DNA of 64,000 nucleotides from an uncultured Magnetococcales bacterium (GTDB taxonomy: Bacteria; Pseudomonadota; Magnetococcia; Magnetococcales; CAYFNE01). The position numbers and the translations under genes were made by a program. The DNA is taken from positions 4,344 through 68,343 of the forward strand of contig CAYFNE010000016.1 in NCBI GenBank assembly GCA_964344355.1, given 5' to 3'. Under the pieces are notes generated by a model. That model did not search any database. It saw nothing but the letters and a program-made list of their open reading frames with translations, and was not told the origin of the DNA. Shown one piece after another: positions 37,270 to 47,742 of this stretch (position 1 is the first letter of the stretch; every line of letters starts with the position of its first letter).

Positions 37270-37860
37270 GTGGCCATTTCTTTGTCAAAAGGACAACGGG
37301 TTTCCCTGGAGAAGGAGACCGGCAAAAAGCTGGACCGGATCATCATGGGGTTGGGCTGGGATGTCCGGCAAAAGGAAAAAAAGGGCTTTTTCGGTTTTCT
37401 CTCCGGCGGTGGCGGCAGCATCGATCTGGATGCCTCGGTGGGCCTGTTCGACGCCGGCGGCGGCCTGGTCGATCAGGTGTGGTTCCGGCAGTTGCAGAGC
37501 CGGGACGGATCGGTGCGGCATACCGGGGACAATGTGACCGGAGAAGGGGAAGGGGATGATGAACAGATCCTGGTCTCCCTCAGCCAGGTCCCGGCCAATG
37601 TACAGGCGATGGTGTTCGTCGTCAGTTCCTACTCCAGCGACACCTTCGATGAAATCGACAACGCCTACTGCCGTATGGTGGATGCCAGCGACAACACGGA
37701 AATCCTGCGTTACGCCCTCTCCGGCCAGGGCAGTCATACCGCGCAGATCATGGTCAGCGTCTACCGCAAGAATGGTGGCTGGTCGGTCCGTGCCATCGGT
37801 GAAAAATCCCAGGGGCGCACCATCCAGGATCTGACCGCGCAGATGAGCCGGAACATTTGA
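37270..37860 (+). CDS. TerD-family stress protein
   Basis: It has (V)AISLSKGQRVSLEK..MGLGWD.. and the [15 protein letters not shown] calcium-binding motif. A GTG start at 37270 follows a GAGGAGGA RBS; the track starts at TTG 37246. Confidence 0.85.
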   Translation: MAISLSKGQRVSLEKETGKKLDRIIMGLGWDVRQKEKKGFFGFLSGGGGSIDLDASVGLFDAGGGLVDQVWFRQLQSRDGSVRHTGDNVTGEGEGDDEQILVSLSQVPANVQAMVFVVSSYSSDTFDEIDNAYCRMVDASDNTEILRYALSGQGSHTAQIMVSVYRKNGGWSVRAIGEKSQGRTIQDLTAQMSRNI

Positions 37861-37929
37861 TCACCAGCCCCGTTATCGGCGCACTTCCATTCAACGAGCC
37901 ATACAACCCACTCGTCAAGGAGCACGTTC

Positions 37930-38508
37930 ATGTCCGTATCTCTCTCAAAAGGCGGTAATGTTTCCCTGTCCAAAGAGGCCCCCGGCATCAAGGCCATTTT
38001 GCTCGGTCTCGGCTGGGACGCCCGGGCCACCGATGGTCAGGATTTCGACCTGGACGCCGTGGCCTTCATCCTGAACGCCAACGGCAAGGTTCGTTCCGAC
38101 TCCGATTTCATCTTTTACAACAACAAGGTCGGTGCCAACGGCGCCGTACAGCACCAGGGCGACAACCGCACCGGTGAAGGGGAAGGCGATGATGAGCAGG
38201 TGATGATGAACCTGGAAGGGTTTCCCACCGATGCCGAAAAGGTGGTCCTGGCGGTCACCATTCATGAAGGGGATACCCGCGGTCAAAATTTCGGCCAGGT
38301 CAACAATGCCTTCATCCGCGTCGTCAACGCCGATGGCAACAAGGAGATCGCCCGTTATGATCTCAGCGAGGACGCCTCCACCGAAACGGCGATGATTTTC
38401 GGCGAGGTCTACCGGCGCAACAACGAGTGGAAATTTCGCGCCGTCGGCCAGGGTTTCGCCGGAGGACTCGGACCGCTGGCGCGCAATTTTGGCGTTGACG
38501 TCGGTTAA
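37930..38508 (+). CDS. terD: TerD-family stress protein
   Basis: [59 protein letters not shown] is canonical TerD sequence. Confidence 0.9.
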   Translation: MSVSLSKGGNVSLSKEAPGIKAILLGLGWDARATDGQDFDLDAVAFILNANGKVRSDSDFIFYNNKVGANGAVQHQGDNRTGEGEGDDEQVMMNLEGFPTDAEKVVLAVTIHEGDTRGQNFGQVNNAFIRVVNADGNKEIARYDLSEDASTETAMIFGEVYRRNNEWKFRAVGQGFAGGLGPLARNFGVDVG

Positions 38509-38624
38509 ACCGGCCAAAGATCGGCCAAGCGAATGAACCGGGAGAGGGGTACGGCGATTCCCCCTCTCCCGCTGATGGCTCAGACCCCCCGTTCAGCCGT
38601 CCACCTCGGAGGACAATCCACATC

Positions 38625-39368
38625 ATGGTCTCTTCATCTCGTTCCGGAACCAACTGGGAGGAGCGCGGACAACGCGCGGTCGGTGCGGCGGCGGACCTGA
38701 CCGCCGGTCTCATTAAGGGTTTCCGCTCCCTGGGCGGTCGCATTCAGGCGGCCCGTTTTCAATCAGTCATCGATGGATTTTGTGCCTCGGCCGGTTTGGT
38801 GGCGGCGCAGAACGGCCGCCTGAAGCGGGAGGAAGTTGAAGGTTTCCGCCGATTTCTGGTCGAAAACCGGCAACATCCGGTATTGGGCCATTTCGCGCCC
38901 GACGAGCTGGTCGATAAATTTCGCGATTATGCCGTCAAGGCCTTTCTGGAGGATGATGAAGCCTTCGTGCGGGTGTTGGATCAAATCCCCAAACGGTCGG
39001 AAGAGGCCAACCTGATCCTGACCGGCTGTCTGGCGGTGGTCTATGCCGATGGTCATTGTGATCAACTGGAACAGACGCAGATCGAAAAGCTGGCCCGGGA
39101 CCTGGGGGTCAATCTCAAACAGTTGTCGGACAACATGCAGGTATCGTTGCCACCACCCGATCCCCCGGCCTTGCCGACACCGAGGGCCGGTGGCAGCCGT
39201 TTCACCCAGTCGATGAGCAGCGCCCCGCCGCCGCCCCGCCCGGAACCGGCTCCGGCACCGGAACCCCCACCGCCTCCCGCCACCCCGGCGGCGGCCAACC
39301 GCGCCGCCTGCACCTTTTGCAATGGCAAGGGGTGTGCCTTTTGCGGCAATACCGGTTTCGCCAAATAG
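38625..39368 (+). CDS. TerB-like domain protein with Pro-rich linker and C-terminal DnaJ-type CxxCxGxG zinc ribbon
   Basis: 247-aa ORF. The central region (VIDGFCASAGLVAAQNG..LILTGCLAVVYADGHCDQLEQTQIEKLARDLG) resembles the TerB/tellurite-resistance fold. The C-terminus reads CTFCNGKGCAFCGNTG. Confidence 0.6.
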   Translation: MVSSSRSGTNWEERGQRAVGAAADLTAGLIKGFRSLGGRIQAARFQSVIDGFCASAGLVAAQNGRLKREEVEGFRRFLVENRQHPVLGHFAPDELVDKFRDYAVKAFLEDDEAFVRVLDQIPKRSEEANLILTGCLAVVYADGHCDQLEQTQIEKLARDLGVNLKQLSDNMQVSLPPPDPPALPTPRAGGSRFTQSMSSAPPPPRPEPAPAPEPPPPPATPAAANRAACTFCNGKGCAFCGNTGFAK

Positions 39369-39519
39369 CCGGTTTCCAGTCGCAGTGACAGGGCTCGAAA
39401 ATCCCGAAGCCGTTTTCAGACGGGGGGCGATTCGGGATCGCCGGCTCCCCCACCCCGGGGCCGGACGAAGAGAAAACCCCATCCGGAAACGGATTCGGTG
39501 CATCAAGGAGCGGGAGAGG

Positions 39520-40389
39520 ATGATTCATAAAGAACTGGTCGATGTGATCCAAGAGTCCATCAATGAAACGGCCATCGCCTTTTTTCAAAATGACATCGGC
39601 ATCCAGGCCGGACCCGCCGTCATCAAACCCCCGGATCAACCCTATGAACCGCCGAAGGCCGATGTCACCGCCGTCGTCGCCTTCAGCGGTGAACTGGCCG
39701 GGGGGGTGCATCTGTCGGCCCCCCTGCATGCCGCCCTGGCCCTGATCGAAGCCTTCATGGGCGAACCGGTCAGCGAAATCGATGACACCGGCCGCGACGC
39801 CCTGGGCGAGTTGACCAACATGATCGCCGGCGCCGTCAAAAGCCGCCTGTCCGAATCCATCCATCTGACGCCGCCCAATGTGGTCACGGGGCAAAATTTG
39901 AATGTCTCCTACACCACCAACCTGGAAAGCACCAAATGCTATTTCCGTACCGGCAGCGGTCCCTTTTTCGTGGAAGTGTTCTTCCGCACCCAGGCGGCGG
40001 TCCTGCTGGATGAACTGCAACGGGAACATGTGGCCATCAAGGCCGCCTTCGAGGCCATCCGCCGCGAGGGCATCGGCAGCAAAGAGGGACAGAAGACCTT
40101 CTGGATGGTGGAAAAGTTGCTGGTGACCCACCTCGAAAAAGAGGATGAACAGGTCTATCCCGCCCTCAATATCAGGGCCCGCAAGGACACCGGCCTGCAG
40201 GAACTCCTGAAAAAATCGAGCTGGGAAATGCGTCACATCAAACAACGGTTTCAGGACCTGTCCAATCGGCTCGTTACCGATCTCGAGGATGAAGACATCG
40301 AACAGGAGTTCAATCAGATCCACGAAACCCTCACCGAGCGGATGAAGATGGAAGAGAGTCATCTCTATCTGATCTTCGCCGACACCTGA
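39520..40389 (+). CDS. CheX/CheC-like domain fused to a hemerythrin-like (HHE) cation-binding domain
   Basis: Start at ATG 39520, after a GGAGCGGGAGAGG RBS. The N-terminal part MIHKELVDVIQESINETAIAFF..DALGELTNMIAGAVKS is CheX-like. The C-terminal part has EH..THLEKEDEQVYP..RH..IHETLTERMKMEESHLY, an H/E spacing like hemerythrin HHE domains. Confidence 0.65.
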   Translation: MIHKELVDVIQESINETAIAFFQNDIGIQAGPAVIKPPDQPYEPPKADVTAVVAFSGELAGGVHLSAPLHAALALIEAFMGEPVSEIDDTGRDALGELTNMIAGAVKSRLSESIHLTPPNVVTGQNLNVSYTTNLESTKCYFRTGSGPFFVEVFFRTQAAVLLDELQREHVAIKAAFEAIRREGIGSKEGQKTFWMVEKLLVTHLEKEDEQVYPALNIRARKDTGLQELLKKSSWEMRHIKQRFQDLSNRLVTDLEDEDIEQEFNQIHETLTERMKMEESHLYLIFADT

Positions 40390-40676
40390 TCGTCGTTGGA
40401 CCCGGCCTGCCGGAAAATACGATACCCCCCCTTATTTTCATTGGGCGGTCCCATTGCGCACGGTTGGCCATTTTCTTCCGGAAAGCATCGGAAAAACAAG
40501 CCGGACATGGCACCTCGCCCCTTGGATTCAGACCGCGCTGAACCGGCCCGGAAACCGGATCCGAGCCGCCGCCCGGCCCCCCACTCCGCCGCACATCCCT
40601 TCCAAACGGGGAAAAAACCTGATAAAAACGGCTTGGGATGAACTGAATTTAATAAAAGTGAGGGAGCTTAACGACA

Positions 40677-41855
40677 ATGGAAGAAGCGGTCATCGTAGCA
40701 GCCGGGCGCACCGCCATCGGCAAATTTCTCGGTACGCTCGCCGGCATTCCCGCCAGCGAGCTGGGGGCAAAGGTCATCAACGGACTGCTGGAGCGGTCCG
40801 GTATCGCCGCCAGTGAAATCGACGAGGTGATCCTCGGACACGTATTGACCGCCGGCGCCGGTCAAAACACCGCCCGGCAGACCAGCATCGCCGCCGGCCT
40901 CGGGGTGGAAACGCCGGCCATGACCATCAACAAGGTGTGCGGCAGCGGTCTCAAGGCCGTGGCCCTGGCCACCCAGGCCATCCGTTGCGGGGATGCCAGC
41001 ATGGTGATCGCCGGCGGCCAGGAAAACATGAGCCTGGCCCCCCACGTCCTGCCCAAATCCCGCTCCGGCAACAAAATGGGCGACTGGAACATGGTCGACA
41101 GCATGATCACCGACGGCCTGTGGGATGTGTTCAACAATTATCACATGGGCTGCACCGCCGAAAACATCGCCCGCGACTTCAACATTTCCCGTGAAGATCA
41201 GGACACCTTCGCCACCGGGTCCCAGAACAAAACCGAAGCGGCGCAAAAGGCCAACCGGTTCGCCGATGAGATCATCCCGGTGGAGATCCCGCAGCGCAAA
41301 AAACCGCCCATCATCTTCGATACCGACGAATTCCCGCGTCATGGCGCCACGCTCGAAGCCATGGCCAAACTGCGGCCGGCTTTCGATAAAACCGGCTCCG
41401 TCACCGCCGCCAACGCCTCGGGCCTCAATGACGGCGCCGCCGCCGTGATCGTCGCCTCCCGCAACAAGGCGCAAGCCCTGGGGCTCGCCCCCCTGGGCCG
41501 GGTGGTGGCCTATGCCAGCGCCGGCGTCGATCCCAAAATCATGGGCACCGGGCCGATCCCGGCGGTCAAAAAGGTGTTGGACAAGGCCGGCTGGTCCGTC
41601 GCCGACCTGGACCTGATCGAGGCCAACGAGGCCTTCGCCGCCCAGGCCCTGTCGGTCAACAACGGTTTGGGCTGGGATACCGGCAAGGTCAACGTCAACG
41701 GCGGCGCCATCGCCCTTGGCCATCCCATCGGCGCCTCCGGCGCCCGGATCCTGGTCTCCCTGATCCATGAGATGGGCCGCCGCGACGCCAAAAAAGGTCT
41801 GGCCACCCTCTGCATCGGCGGCGGCATGGGCGTCGCCCTGGCCGTCGAACGGTAG
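40677..41855 (+). CDS. phaA: Acetyl-CoA acetyltransferase (beta-ketothiolase)
   Basis: 392-aa ORF with the active-site cysteine context [10 protein letters not shown]. The C-terminus [28 protein letters not shown] has the thiolase signatures. Confidence 0.9.
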   Translation: MEEAVIVAAGRTAIGKFLGTLAGIPASELGAKVINGLLERSGIAASEIDEVILGHVLTAGAGQNTARQTSIAAGLGVETPAMTINKVCGSGLKAVALATQAIRCGDASMVIAGGQENMSLAPHVLPKSRSGNKMGDWNMVDSMITDGLWDVFNNYHMGCTAENIARDFNISREDQDTFATGSQNKTEAAQKANRFADEIIPVEIPQRKKPPIIFDTDEFPRHGATLEAMAKLRPAFDKTGSVTAANASGLNDGAAAVIVASRNKAQALGLAPLGRVVAYASAGVDPKIMGTGPIPAVKKVLDKAGWSVADLDLIEANEAFAAQALSVNNGLGWDTGKVNVNGGAIALGHPIGASGARILVSLIHEMGRRDAKKGLATLCIGGGMGVALAVER

Positions 41856-41951
41856 CTTTCAGAGAACGGAAGGCAGAGGACGAAAAAAGGTTCCGTCCCT
41901 GCGAACGGTTCTTATCACGTTTGGAAAAAGACAAAAACTAAGGAGAGGATC

Positions 41952-42695
41952 ATGGCACAAAGAGTCGCTTTGGTGACCGGGGGAGTCGGTGGCATCGGTA
42001 CGGAAATCTGCAAACAGCTCGCCCGGGCCGGCTACAAGGTGGTCGCCACCTACGCCCCGCCCGAGGCCGGCATCATCGATGAATGGTTGAGCGCCCGCAA
42101 AGGGGAAAATCTGCAGATCGAAGTGGCCGAAGTGGACGTTACCGACTTCGACTCCTGCGCCAAGATGGTTGCCGATGTGACGGCCAAGGTGGGGGCCATC
42201 GAGGTATTGATCAACAACGCCGGCATCACCCGCGACGCCTCGCTGAAAAAAATGAAAAAAGAGCAGTGGGACGCGGTGATCGGCGTCAACCTGACCGGCG
42301 TCTTCAACATCACCAGCCAAATTTTCCCGGCCATGCTGAGCGCCGGTTTCGGCCGCATCGTCAACATCTCTTCCATCAATGGCCGCAAGGGACAGTTCGG
42401 TCAGTGCAACTACGCCGCCGCCAAGGCCGGCATGCACGGTTTCACCATGTCCATCGCCCAGGAGGGCGCCCGCAAGGGGGTCACCGTCAATACCGTCTCC
42501 CCCGGTTACACCGGCACCCGCATGATGCTGGACATCCCCAAGGAGATCCTGGACGGCATCGTCAAGCAGATCCCGGTCGGGCGTCTGGCGGAACCGGCGG
42601 AGATCGCCCGGGCGGTGCTGTTCCTGGCCGCCGACGAATCGGCCTTCATCACCGGCGCCAACCTCGACATCAACGGCGGTCAATTCATTCACTGA
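41952..42695 (+). CDS. phaB: Acetoacetyl-CoA reductase (SDR)
   Basis: 247-aa ORF with VALVTGGVGGIG (Rossmann), NNAGITRD and the YAAAKAG catalytic YxxxK. It lies between phaA and phaR. Confidence 0.9.
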   Translation: MAQRVALVTGGVGGIGTEICKQLARAGYKVVATYAPPEAGIIDEWLSARKGENLQIEVAEVDVTDFDSCAKMVADVTAKVGAIEVLINNAGITRDASLKKMKKEQWDAVIGVNLTGVFNITSQIFPAMLSAGFGRIVNISSINGRKGQFGQCNYAAAKAGMHGFTMSIAQEGARKGVTVNTVSPGYTGTRMMLDIPKEILDGIVKQIPVGRLAEPAEIARAVLFLAADESAFITGANLDINGGQFIH

Positions 42696-42739
42696 TCCGC
42701 GGCGGTCCGCCATTGGCGGTTCGATTCGCGTTCCATCCA

Positions 42740-42779
42740 TTCGGGAAGGGGCCGTTCACCCCTTCCCGAATTTTTTTTT
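42740..42779 (+). terminator. Rho-independent terminator after phaB
   Basis: TTCGGGAAGGGG-CCGTTCA-CCCCTTCCCGAA forms a perfect 12-bp stem, followed by T9 (42771-42779). Confidence 0.85.
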
Positions 42780-42853
42780 CCGTTCCATCCCCCACCAATG
42801 GTATCGTTCAATAATTTTCGCCCTTTCCGCCGCCGAACCCACGGGTCCCCTTT

Positions 42854-43324
42854 ATGAGCGCACCACCCCGCATCATCCGCAAATACCCCAACCGCCGTCT
42901 CTATGATACCGAAACATCCACCTACATCACCCTGGAAGGGATCCGTCAACTGGTTCTGGACGAGGTTCCTTTCGAAGTCAGGAACAAAAAAAACGGCGCC
43001 GACATCACCCGCACCATCCTCCTGCAAATCATCAGCGACCAGGAGGAGCAGGGCAACCCGGTCTTCGGCACCGAACTGTTGATGCAGATCATCCGCCTCT
43101 ATGGCGACACCACCCAGGGGGTGCTGGGGGAGTTTTTGAAAAAAAGCCTGTCGGTGTTCATGGGCCAGCAAAAACAGTTCCGCCAGGCGGCCGACCCCCT
43201 GGCGATGATGCACCAGATGTCCGAACAGAGTTTCGCCTTCTGGAGCGGCCTGTTCACCCTCCCCCCCAGCGGGGACGTGGCGGCAAAAGAAGATTCAACC
43301 ACTGGAAAAAAAAGAAAAAAATAA
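42854..43324 (+). CDS. phaR: PHA synthesis repressor PhaR
   Basis: The N-terminus RIIRKYPNRRLYDTETSTYITLEGIRQLV is the conserved PhaR DNA-binding region. Confidence 0.85.
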   Translation: MSAPPRIIRKYPNRRLYDTETSTYITLEGIRQLVLDEVPFEVRNKKNGADITRTILLQIISDQEEQGNPVFGTELLMQIIRLYGDTTQGVLGEFLKKSLSVFMGQQKQFRQAADPLAMMHQMSEQSFAFWSGLFTLPPSGDVAAKEDSTTGKKRKK

Positions 43325-43437
43325 CCGTTCCCCAATTTTCCCGCCCCCACCGGAGCGGCGGTTTCACCAGCGTCATCCCCCATTCGTGACAGCGGGACGA
43401 AATTTTTTGCCGGCCGGATAATTGCTAAAAAATTTTC

Positions 43438-43493
43438 TTGACAAGCCTATACGTTCTCTTTATGCTGCATCGCAACATATGCTGCAATGCAGC
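43438..43493 (+). promoter_or_regulatory. Candidate phasin promoter (TTGACA-17 nt-TATGCT) overlapping TGC-rich dyad (candidate PhaR operator)
   Basis: TTGACA is at 43438-43443 and TATGCT at 43461-43466. GCTGCATCGCAACATATGCTGCAATGCAGC (43464-43493) contains a repeated TGCTGCA and the inverted GCTGCAT/ATGCAGC. Confidence 0.4.
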
Positions 43494-43557
43494 AATTGAT
43501 TCGAGCATACGGACCACTTCGCAATTTTCATCGACCAGATCAAGGGAGCGACGAACC

Positions 43558-43914
43558 ATGGAAAACAAAATTGCCGGACAGATGGCTGAGATGAGCCAAC
43601 GCATGGTGGAGACCATGACCACCCTGCAAAAGATCAATGAACGCACGGTCAAGGAGCTGGCCCAACAGCAACTGCAGGCCGCCGAGGGTTTCGTCAACAC
43701 CGGCGCCAAACAACTCAAGGACATGAGCAGCATCAAGACCGTCCAGGAGGCGATGAGCACCCAGGCTGAAATCGCCTCGGATGTGGGACAGATGCTGGTC
43801 GGCAACGCCCGCGCCACCATGGATGTGCTGACCCGCAGCCAGGACGAGCTGAAAGACCTGATGGAAAACAACATCACCGAACTGATGAAACAGGCGAAAA
43901 TGCCGGGCAAGTAA
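43558..43914 (+). CDS. Phasin-family PHA granule protein
   Basis: 118-aa helical protein MENKIAGQMAEMSQRMVETMTTLQKINERTVKELAQQQLQAAEGF.. with an AAGGGAG RBS. It sits between phaR and phaE. The track ORF start at 43438 is upstream, in the promoter. Confidence 0.65.
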   Translation: MENKIAGQMAEMSQRMVETMTTLQKINERTVKELAQQQLQAAEGFVNTGAKQLKDMSSIKTVQEAMSTQAEIASDVGQMLVGNARATMDVLTRSQDELKDLMENNITELMKQAKMPGK

Positions 43915-44166
43915 TCTCCGGACATTCGGAACGATCCCCTACAGACAAGCTGCCGGAAGGCGGTTCCCCGCCGATGGGGGAACCGCGCGGAAGGCGGAAA
44001 GGGAGACGGTTGACGCACGCATCCCTTTCGGTTCAATCTCGTACATACGCATGAGCTTTTTGAAAAGAGGGGGCGGAAGGATTCATTTCCGCCCGTCGGG
44101 CTACCCGGGTTGACGGCCCGAGGAGACCGTGAAGGTCACTGGGGCTGGCAATCGAGGAGAGGCGCA

Positions 44167-45513
44167 ATGGAGAATGACACGTTTACAGCCGATTGGATGC
44201 AAGGTATGACCGACTTGCAAAAAAAAATGTGGGATGACTGGTCCAACGCCGTGCAAAAGACCATGGCCGGCGGCGAGACCCCGTTCAATCCCATGTCCTT
44301 TTTCCAAGGCATGAAACCACCCGACCTCAACGCCCTTTGGGGACAATCGGCCAACCCGTTCGCCGGCATGGGGGCCTTCCCGGCCATGGGCGGATCATTC
44401 ACCGCCCCGGGCGCTGGTCTTCCCAACTGGAACAATCTCTGGGGTCCGGTTCTCAGTGGTTTCTCCAAACCCACCACCGAAACCATGGCCATGCAAAACC
44501 TGGTGGCCACCATGGATGGTTTCATGCGTATGGGCCAGGAGGTGTTCAAGGTTTTCCAAAAGATGGGCGACGGCATGCAGGAGGGCGAGGAGTGGACCGC
44601 CCTGCTCGACCAAAGCATCCAACAGGCCAAAGCCCTGTTCCAGGAAAGCGGCAACACCTTCGCCGCCCAGGACCCGATGGCGGCCTGGAACCAGCCATTG
44701 ACCGCCTGGAAGGGCATGTTGCAAAACAATCCCCTCTTTTCCGGCCCGCTCATGAACACCATCCTGCAGGCGGCCGGCGGCAGTTCAGAGACCCCCCTGG
44801 AAGGGGTCATGGAACGGATGTTGTCGATACCGGGACTGGGTCTGACCCGGGAAAAACAGGAACGGATGCAGGAGGGCGTCCGCCACGGTATCGCCTACCG
44901 CAAGGCCTACGAGGCGCATCGGGACATGATGAACCGCATGAACCTCCGGGCCCTGGACCTGTTCCACAAAAAATTGTTGGAGCGGGGGGCCTCGGATGAA
45001 CCGATCAACAGCATGCGGGAACTGTATGTCCTGTGGGTGGATTGCAGTGAAGAGGCCAATTCCGAAACCGTCACCAGTGATGAATATCAGGAACTGAACG
45101 CCCAGATGGTCAACGCCCTGGTCCGGGTGCAAAATCATGTTCAGGGCATGATCGATGACTATCTGGAAGCGATGAACATGCCCACCCGCAAGGAGGTGGA
45201 CAGCGCCCATCGCCAGGTTCACGCCCTGAAACGGCGGGTTCGCGAACTGGAAGCCACTGTCAAGGCCCTGGGCAACAACAGCGAACATCGCGCGGAAGTG
45301 CGGGCGGTACGGGAAGAGATGGAACGGTTGGACATCCGCGGATTGCGGGAAGAGGTGGCGAATTTGACCAAAAAGGTCGCCGCCCTCGATGTCAAACCGG
45401 CGGCGGCCGCCGCCAGGGGCAAAACCACCGAGGACAAACCCCGTCCCCGCACCCGTACCAGCACCGCCACCGCCAAAAAAAGCAAGGCCGGAGCCACCGA
45501 CAAAGGAGCCTGA
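44167..45513 (+). CDS. phaE: Class III PHA synthase subunit PhaE
   Basis: The N-terminus MENDTFTADWMQGMTDLQKKMWDDWSNAV is PhaE-like. The C-terminus is a coiled-coil with a basic tail. The stop lies 3 nt before phaC. ATG 44167 follows a GAGGAGAGG RBS. Confidence 0.75.
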   Translation: MENDTFTADWMQGMTDLQKKMWDDWSNAVQKTMAGGETPFNPMSFFQGMKPPDLNALWGQSANPFAGMGAFPAMGGSFTAPGAGLPNWNNLWGPVLSGFSKPTTETMAMQNLVATMDGFMRMGQEVFKVFQKMGDGMQEGEEWTALLDQSIQQAKALFQESGNTFAAQDPMAAWNQPLTAWKGMLQNNPLFSGPLMNTILQAAGGSSETPLEGVMERMLSIPGLGLTREKQERMQEGVRHGIAYRKAYEAHRDMMNRMNLRALDLFHKKLLERGASDEPINSMRELYVLWVDCSEEANSETVTSDEYQELNAQMVNALVRVQNHVQGMIDDYLEAMNMPTRKEVDSAHRQVHALKRRVRELEATVKALGNNSEHRAEVRAVREEMERLDIRGLREEVANLTKKVAALDVKPAAAAARGKTTEDKPRPRTRTSTATAKKSKAGATDKGA

Positions 45514-45516
45514 TGC

Positions 45517-46581
45517 ATGTTCCCTTTTTCCATGAATCCCAAGCAGACGGTGGAGGAGCTGGCGCAGTTGAACGAAAAACTGGCCACCGGTCTGAAAACC
45601 CTCAGCGAAACCGGGCCCATCTCCAGCGGGGTCACGCCCCGGGAGGCGGTCCACCAGGATGACCGGGTGGTCCTCTACCACTACCAGCCGACGGTGAAAA
45701 AACGGCACCGGGTGCCGGTGTTGATCGTTTACGCCCTGGTCAACCGCCCCTACATGGCCGACATCCAGGAAGACCGTTCCCTGATCCGGGGTCTGTTGGA
45801 TCAAGGGTTGGACGTCTATCTCATCGACTGGGGTTATCCGGACCGTTCGGACCGTTACCTGAACCTGGACGATTACATCAACGGTTACATCAAGGGCTGC
45901 GTCGATTACATCTGTGAGCGGCACGATCTTTACCGCATCAACCTGCTGGGCATCTGTCAGGGCGGTACCTTCAGCATCTGTTTCAGCGCCCTGCACCCGG
46001 AGCAGGTGCGCAACCTGGTGACCACGGTCACGCCGGTGGATTTTCACACCCCGGACAACCTGTTGAGCCACTGGGCGCGCAAGATGGACGTGGACCTGGC
46101 GGTGGATACCTTCGGCAACATCCCCGGCGACCTGCTGAACTTCACCTTCCTCTCCATGAATCCCTACCGCCTGACCGGACAAAAATATCTGGACATGGTG
46201 GATTTGCTCGACCAGCCGAAAAAGCTGAAAAATTTCCTGCGCATGGAAAAATGGATCTTCGACTCCCCGGATCAGGCCGGTGAGGCGTACCGTCAGTTCA
46301 TCAAGGATTTTTTCCAGGGCAATCGGTTGATTTCTGGAGAGGTGAAAATCGGCAACAGGCGGGTGGACCTGAAAAACATCACCATGCCGGTGTTCAACGT
46401 CTATGCCACCAAGGATCACCTGGTGCCGCCCGAGGCGTCACGCGCCCTGGGCAATTTCGTCGGCAGTTCCGATTATAACGAGTTCGCTTTCAACGGCGGC
46501 CATATCGGTATCTATGTCAGCGGTCGCGCCCAGCGCGAAGTGCCGCCCGCCATTGCCGATTGGTTGAAGGAAAGAGGCTGA
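45517..46581 (+). CDS. phaC: Class III PHA synthase catalytic subunit PhaC
   Basis: 354 aa, the size of class III PhaC. It has the lipase-box-like GICQGG with catalytic Cys and an alpha/beta-hydrolase pattern. Confidence 0.9.
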   Translation: MFPFSMNPKQTVEELAQLNEKLATGLKTLSETGPISSGVTPREAVHQDDRVVLYHYQPTVKKRHRVPVLIVYALVNRPYMADIQEDRSLIRGLLDQGLDVYLIDWGYPDRSDRYLNLDDYINGYIKGCVDYICERHDLYRINLLGICQGGTFSICFSALHPEQVRNLVTTVTPVDFHTPDNLLSHWARKMDVDLAVDTFGNIPGDLLNFTFLSMNPYRLTGQKYLDMVDLLDQPKKLKNFLRMEKWIFDSPDQAGEAYRQFIKDFFQGNRLISGEVKIGNRRVDLKNITMPVFNVYATKDHLVPPEASRALGNFVGSSDYNEFAFNGGHIGIYVSGRAQREVPPAIADWLKERG

Positions 46582-46795
46582 GAAGACGGGTTTCCCTTCT
46601 CCTCATGCCCGCCCGCCACCGTCTCACCGCCAACGCTCGTCGTCGCCGGGAGACGGTGGTGCCTTTCCCTCCTCCGCCCGTTTGGTGCCCCATCTTCCCC
46701 ACCGGTTTGCCATCGATCCGTCGCCGATGAGACGACCGGCGGGGTGGGGCGTCCGACGGGTCCGGTGATGTACCGATCGCCGAACCCCCGTCCCG

Positions 46796-47119
46796 TTACC
46801 TGAGGACGGTGTACAGTTCCTCCACCAGCGCCTCCTGCGAATCGATCGCCTCATCGCGCAATCCAGTGGTTTCAAACAGTTTTTTTACGCTCTGACGAAT
46901 CGCTTCCTTGGATTTTACCGTCTTGGAATCGTCGAAACCGTTATAGTACTTGTAGTACTCCAGGAAGCTGTTGACCAGTTCCGAGTGCATGTCGATACAG
47001 CGGAAGGCCGTATGACAGGTATAGTCGAAAACATCGAAGATCGAGAACACCGGAAAGGGTGCCCATTTTTCATTCAACTGCACGATCTTCGCCTTGCGTA
47101 CCGGTTTTTTCGCGTTCAT
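46796..47119 (-). CDS. Small hypothetical protein
   Basis: The 107-aa version starts at MNAKKPVRKAKIVQLNEKW.. (ATG 47119). It lies in a lower-GC segment with an AT-rich upstream region. The longer track ORF (to 47389) has an implausible Gly-rich N-terminus. Confidence 0.4.
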   Translation of the reverse strand: MNAKKPVRKAKIVQLNEKWAPFPVFSIFDVFDYTCHTAFRCIDMHSELVNSFLEYYKYYNGFDDSKTVKSKEAIRQSVKKLFETTGLRDEAIDSQEALVEELYTVLR

Positions 47120-47742
47120 GCATCCCCACCCTTTTCCCGAAAAGAGGTACCCTTGCCGATTCACGAGCCACCGGGAATTCACCTCGAAACCGGGTGAGTC
47201 CCAAAAACAGCCCGGCTGGCCTGATTGGCCGGCCCCTGAATGGCGGATCGTCCACTGATGTATCGTCAAAACCACTGACGGCCCGTCGACCGTCGATGCC
47301 AACCCACCTCCTTTCCCGTATCGATTGCCCCTGAAAAACCCTACTTTCGATAAGGTTTCTTGGGTAGCACATGAAAAAATATCAGTCAATCAAAATAATT
47401 TTTATGGCAAAAAATCATCTTTATCCAAGGTTGTAATAATTTAATACCAGGAATGGAAACGCCCCGTAACCCAACAACCGGAACCGGTTCCGGCCGCCGC
47501 CGTCCGATCGTTGCCCGGGATGATTCGGAAAAAAAAATTCACCCACTGCCCCTTTTTCGTTTAGACTGTTTGGTTCCGGTGGAGAACCGGCATAATGGCT
47601 ACCGAGCCCCGGGGAAAAATCGCCTGTTTGTCACTGTCACCTTGATATCTACGGAACGAAACCGATAAAACCGGTATTCCCTTGTTTGAAACGCCCGTTC
47701 AATCCTTCATTGAATCGACCGGCGGTCGATCAGACCAATCGC

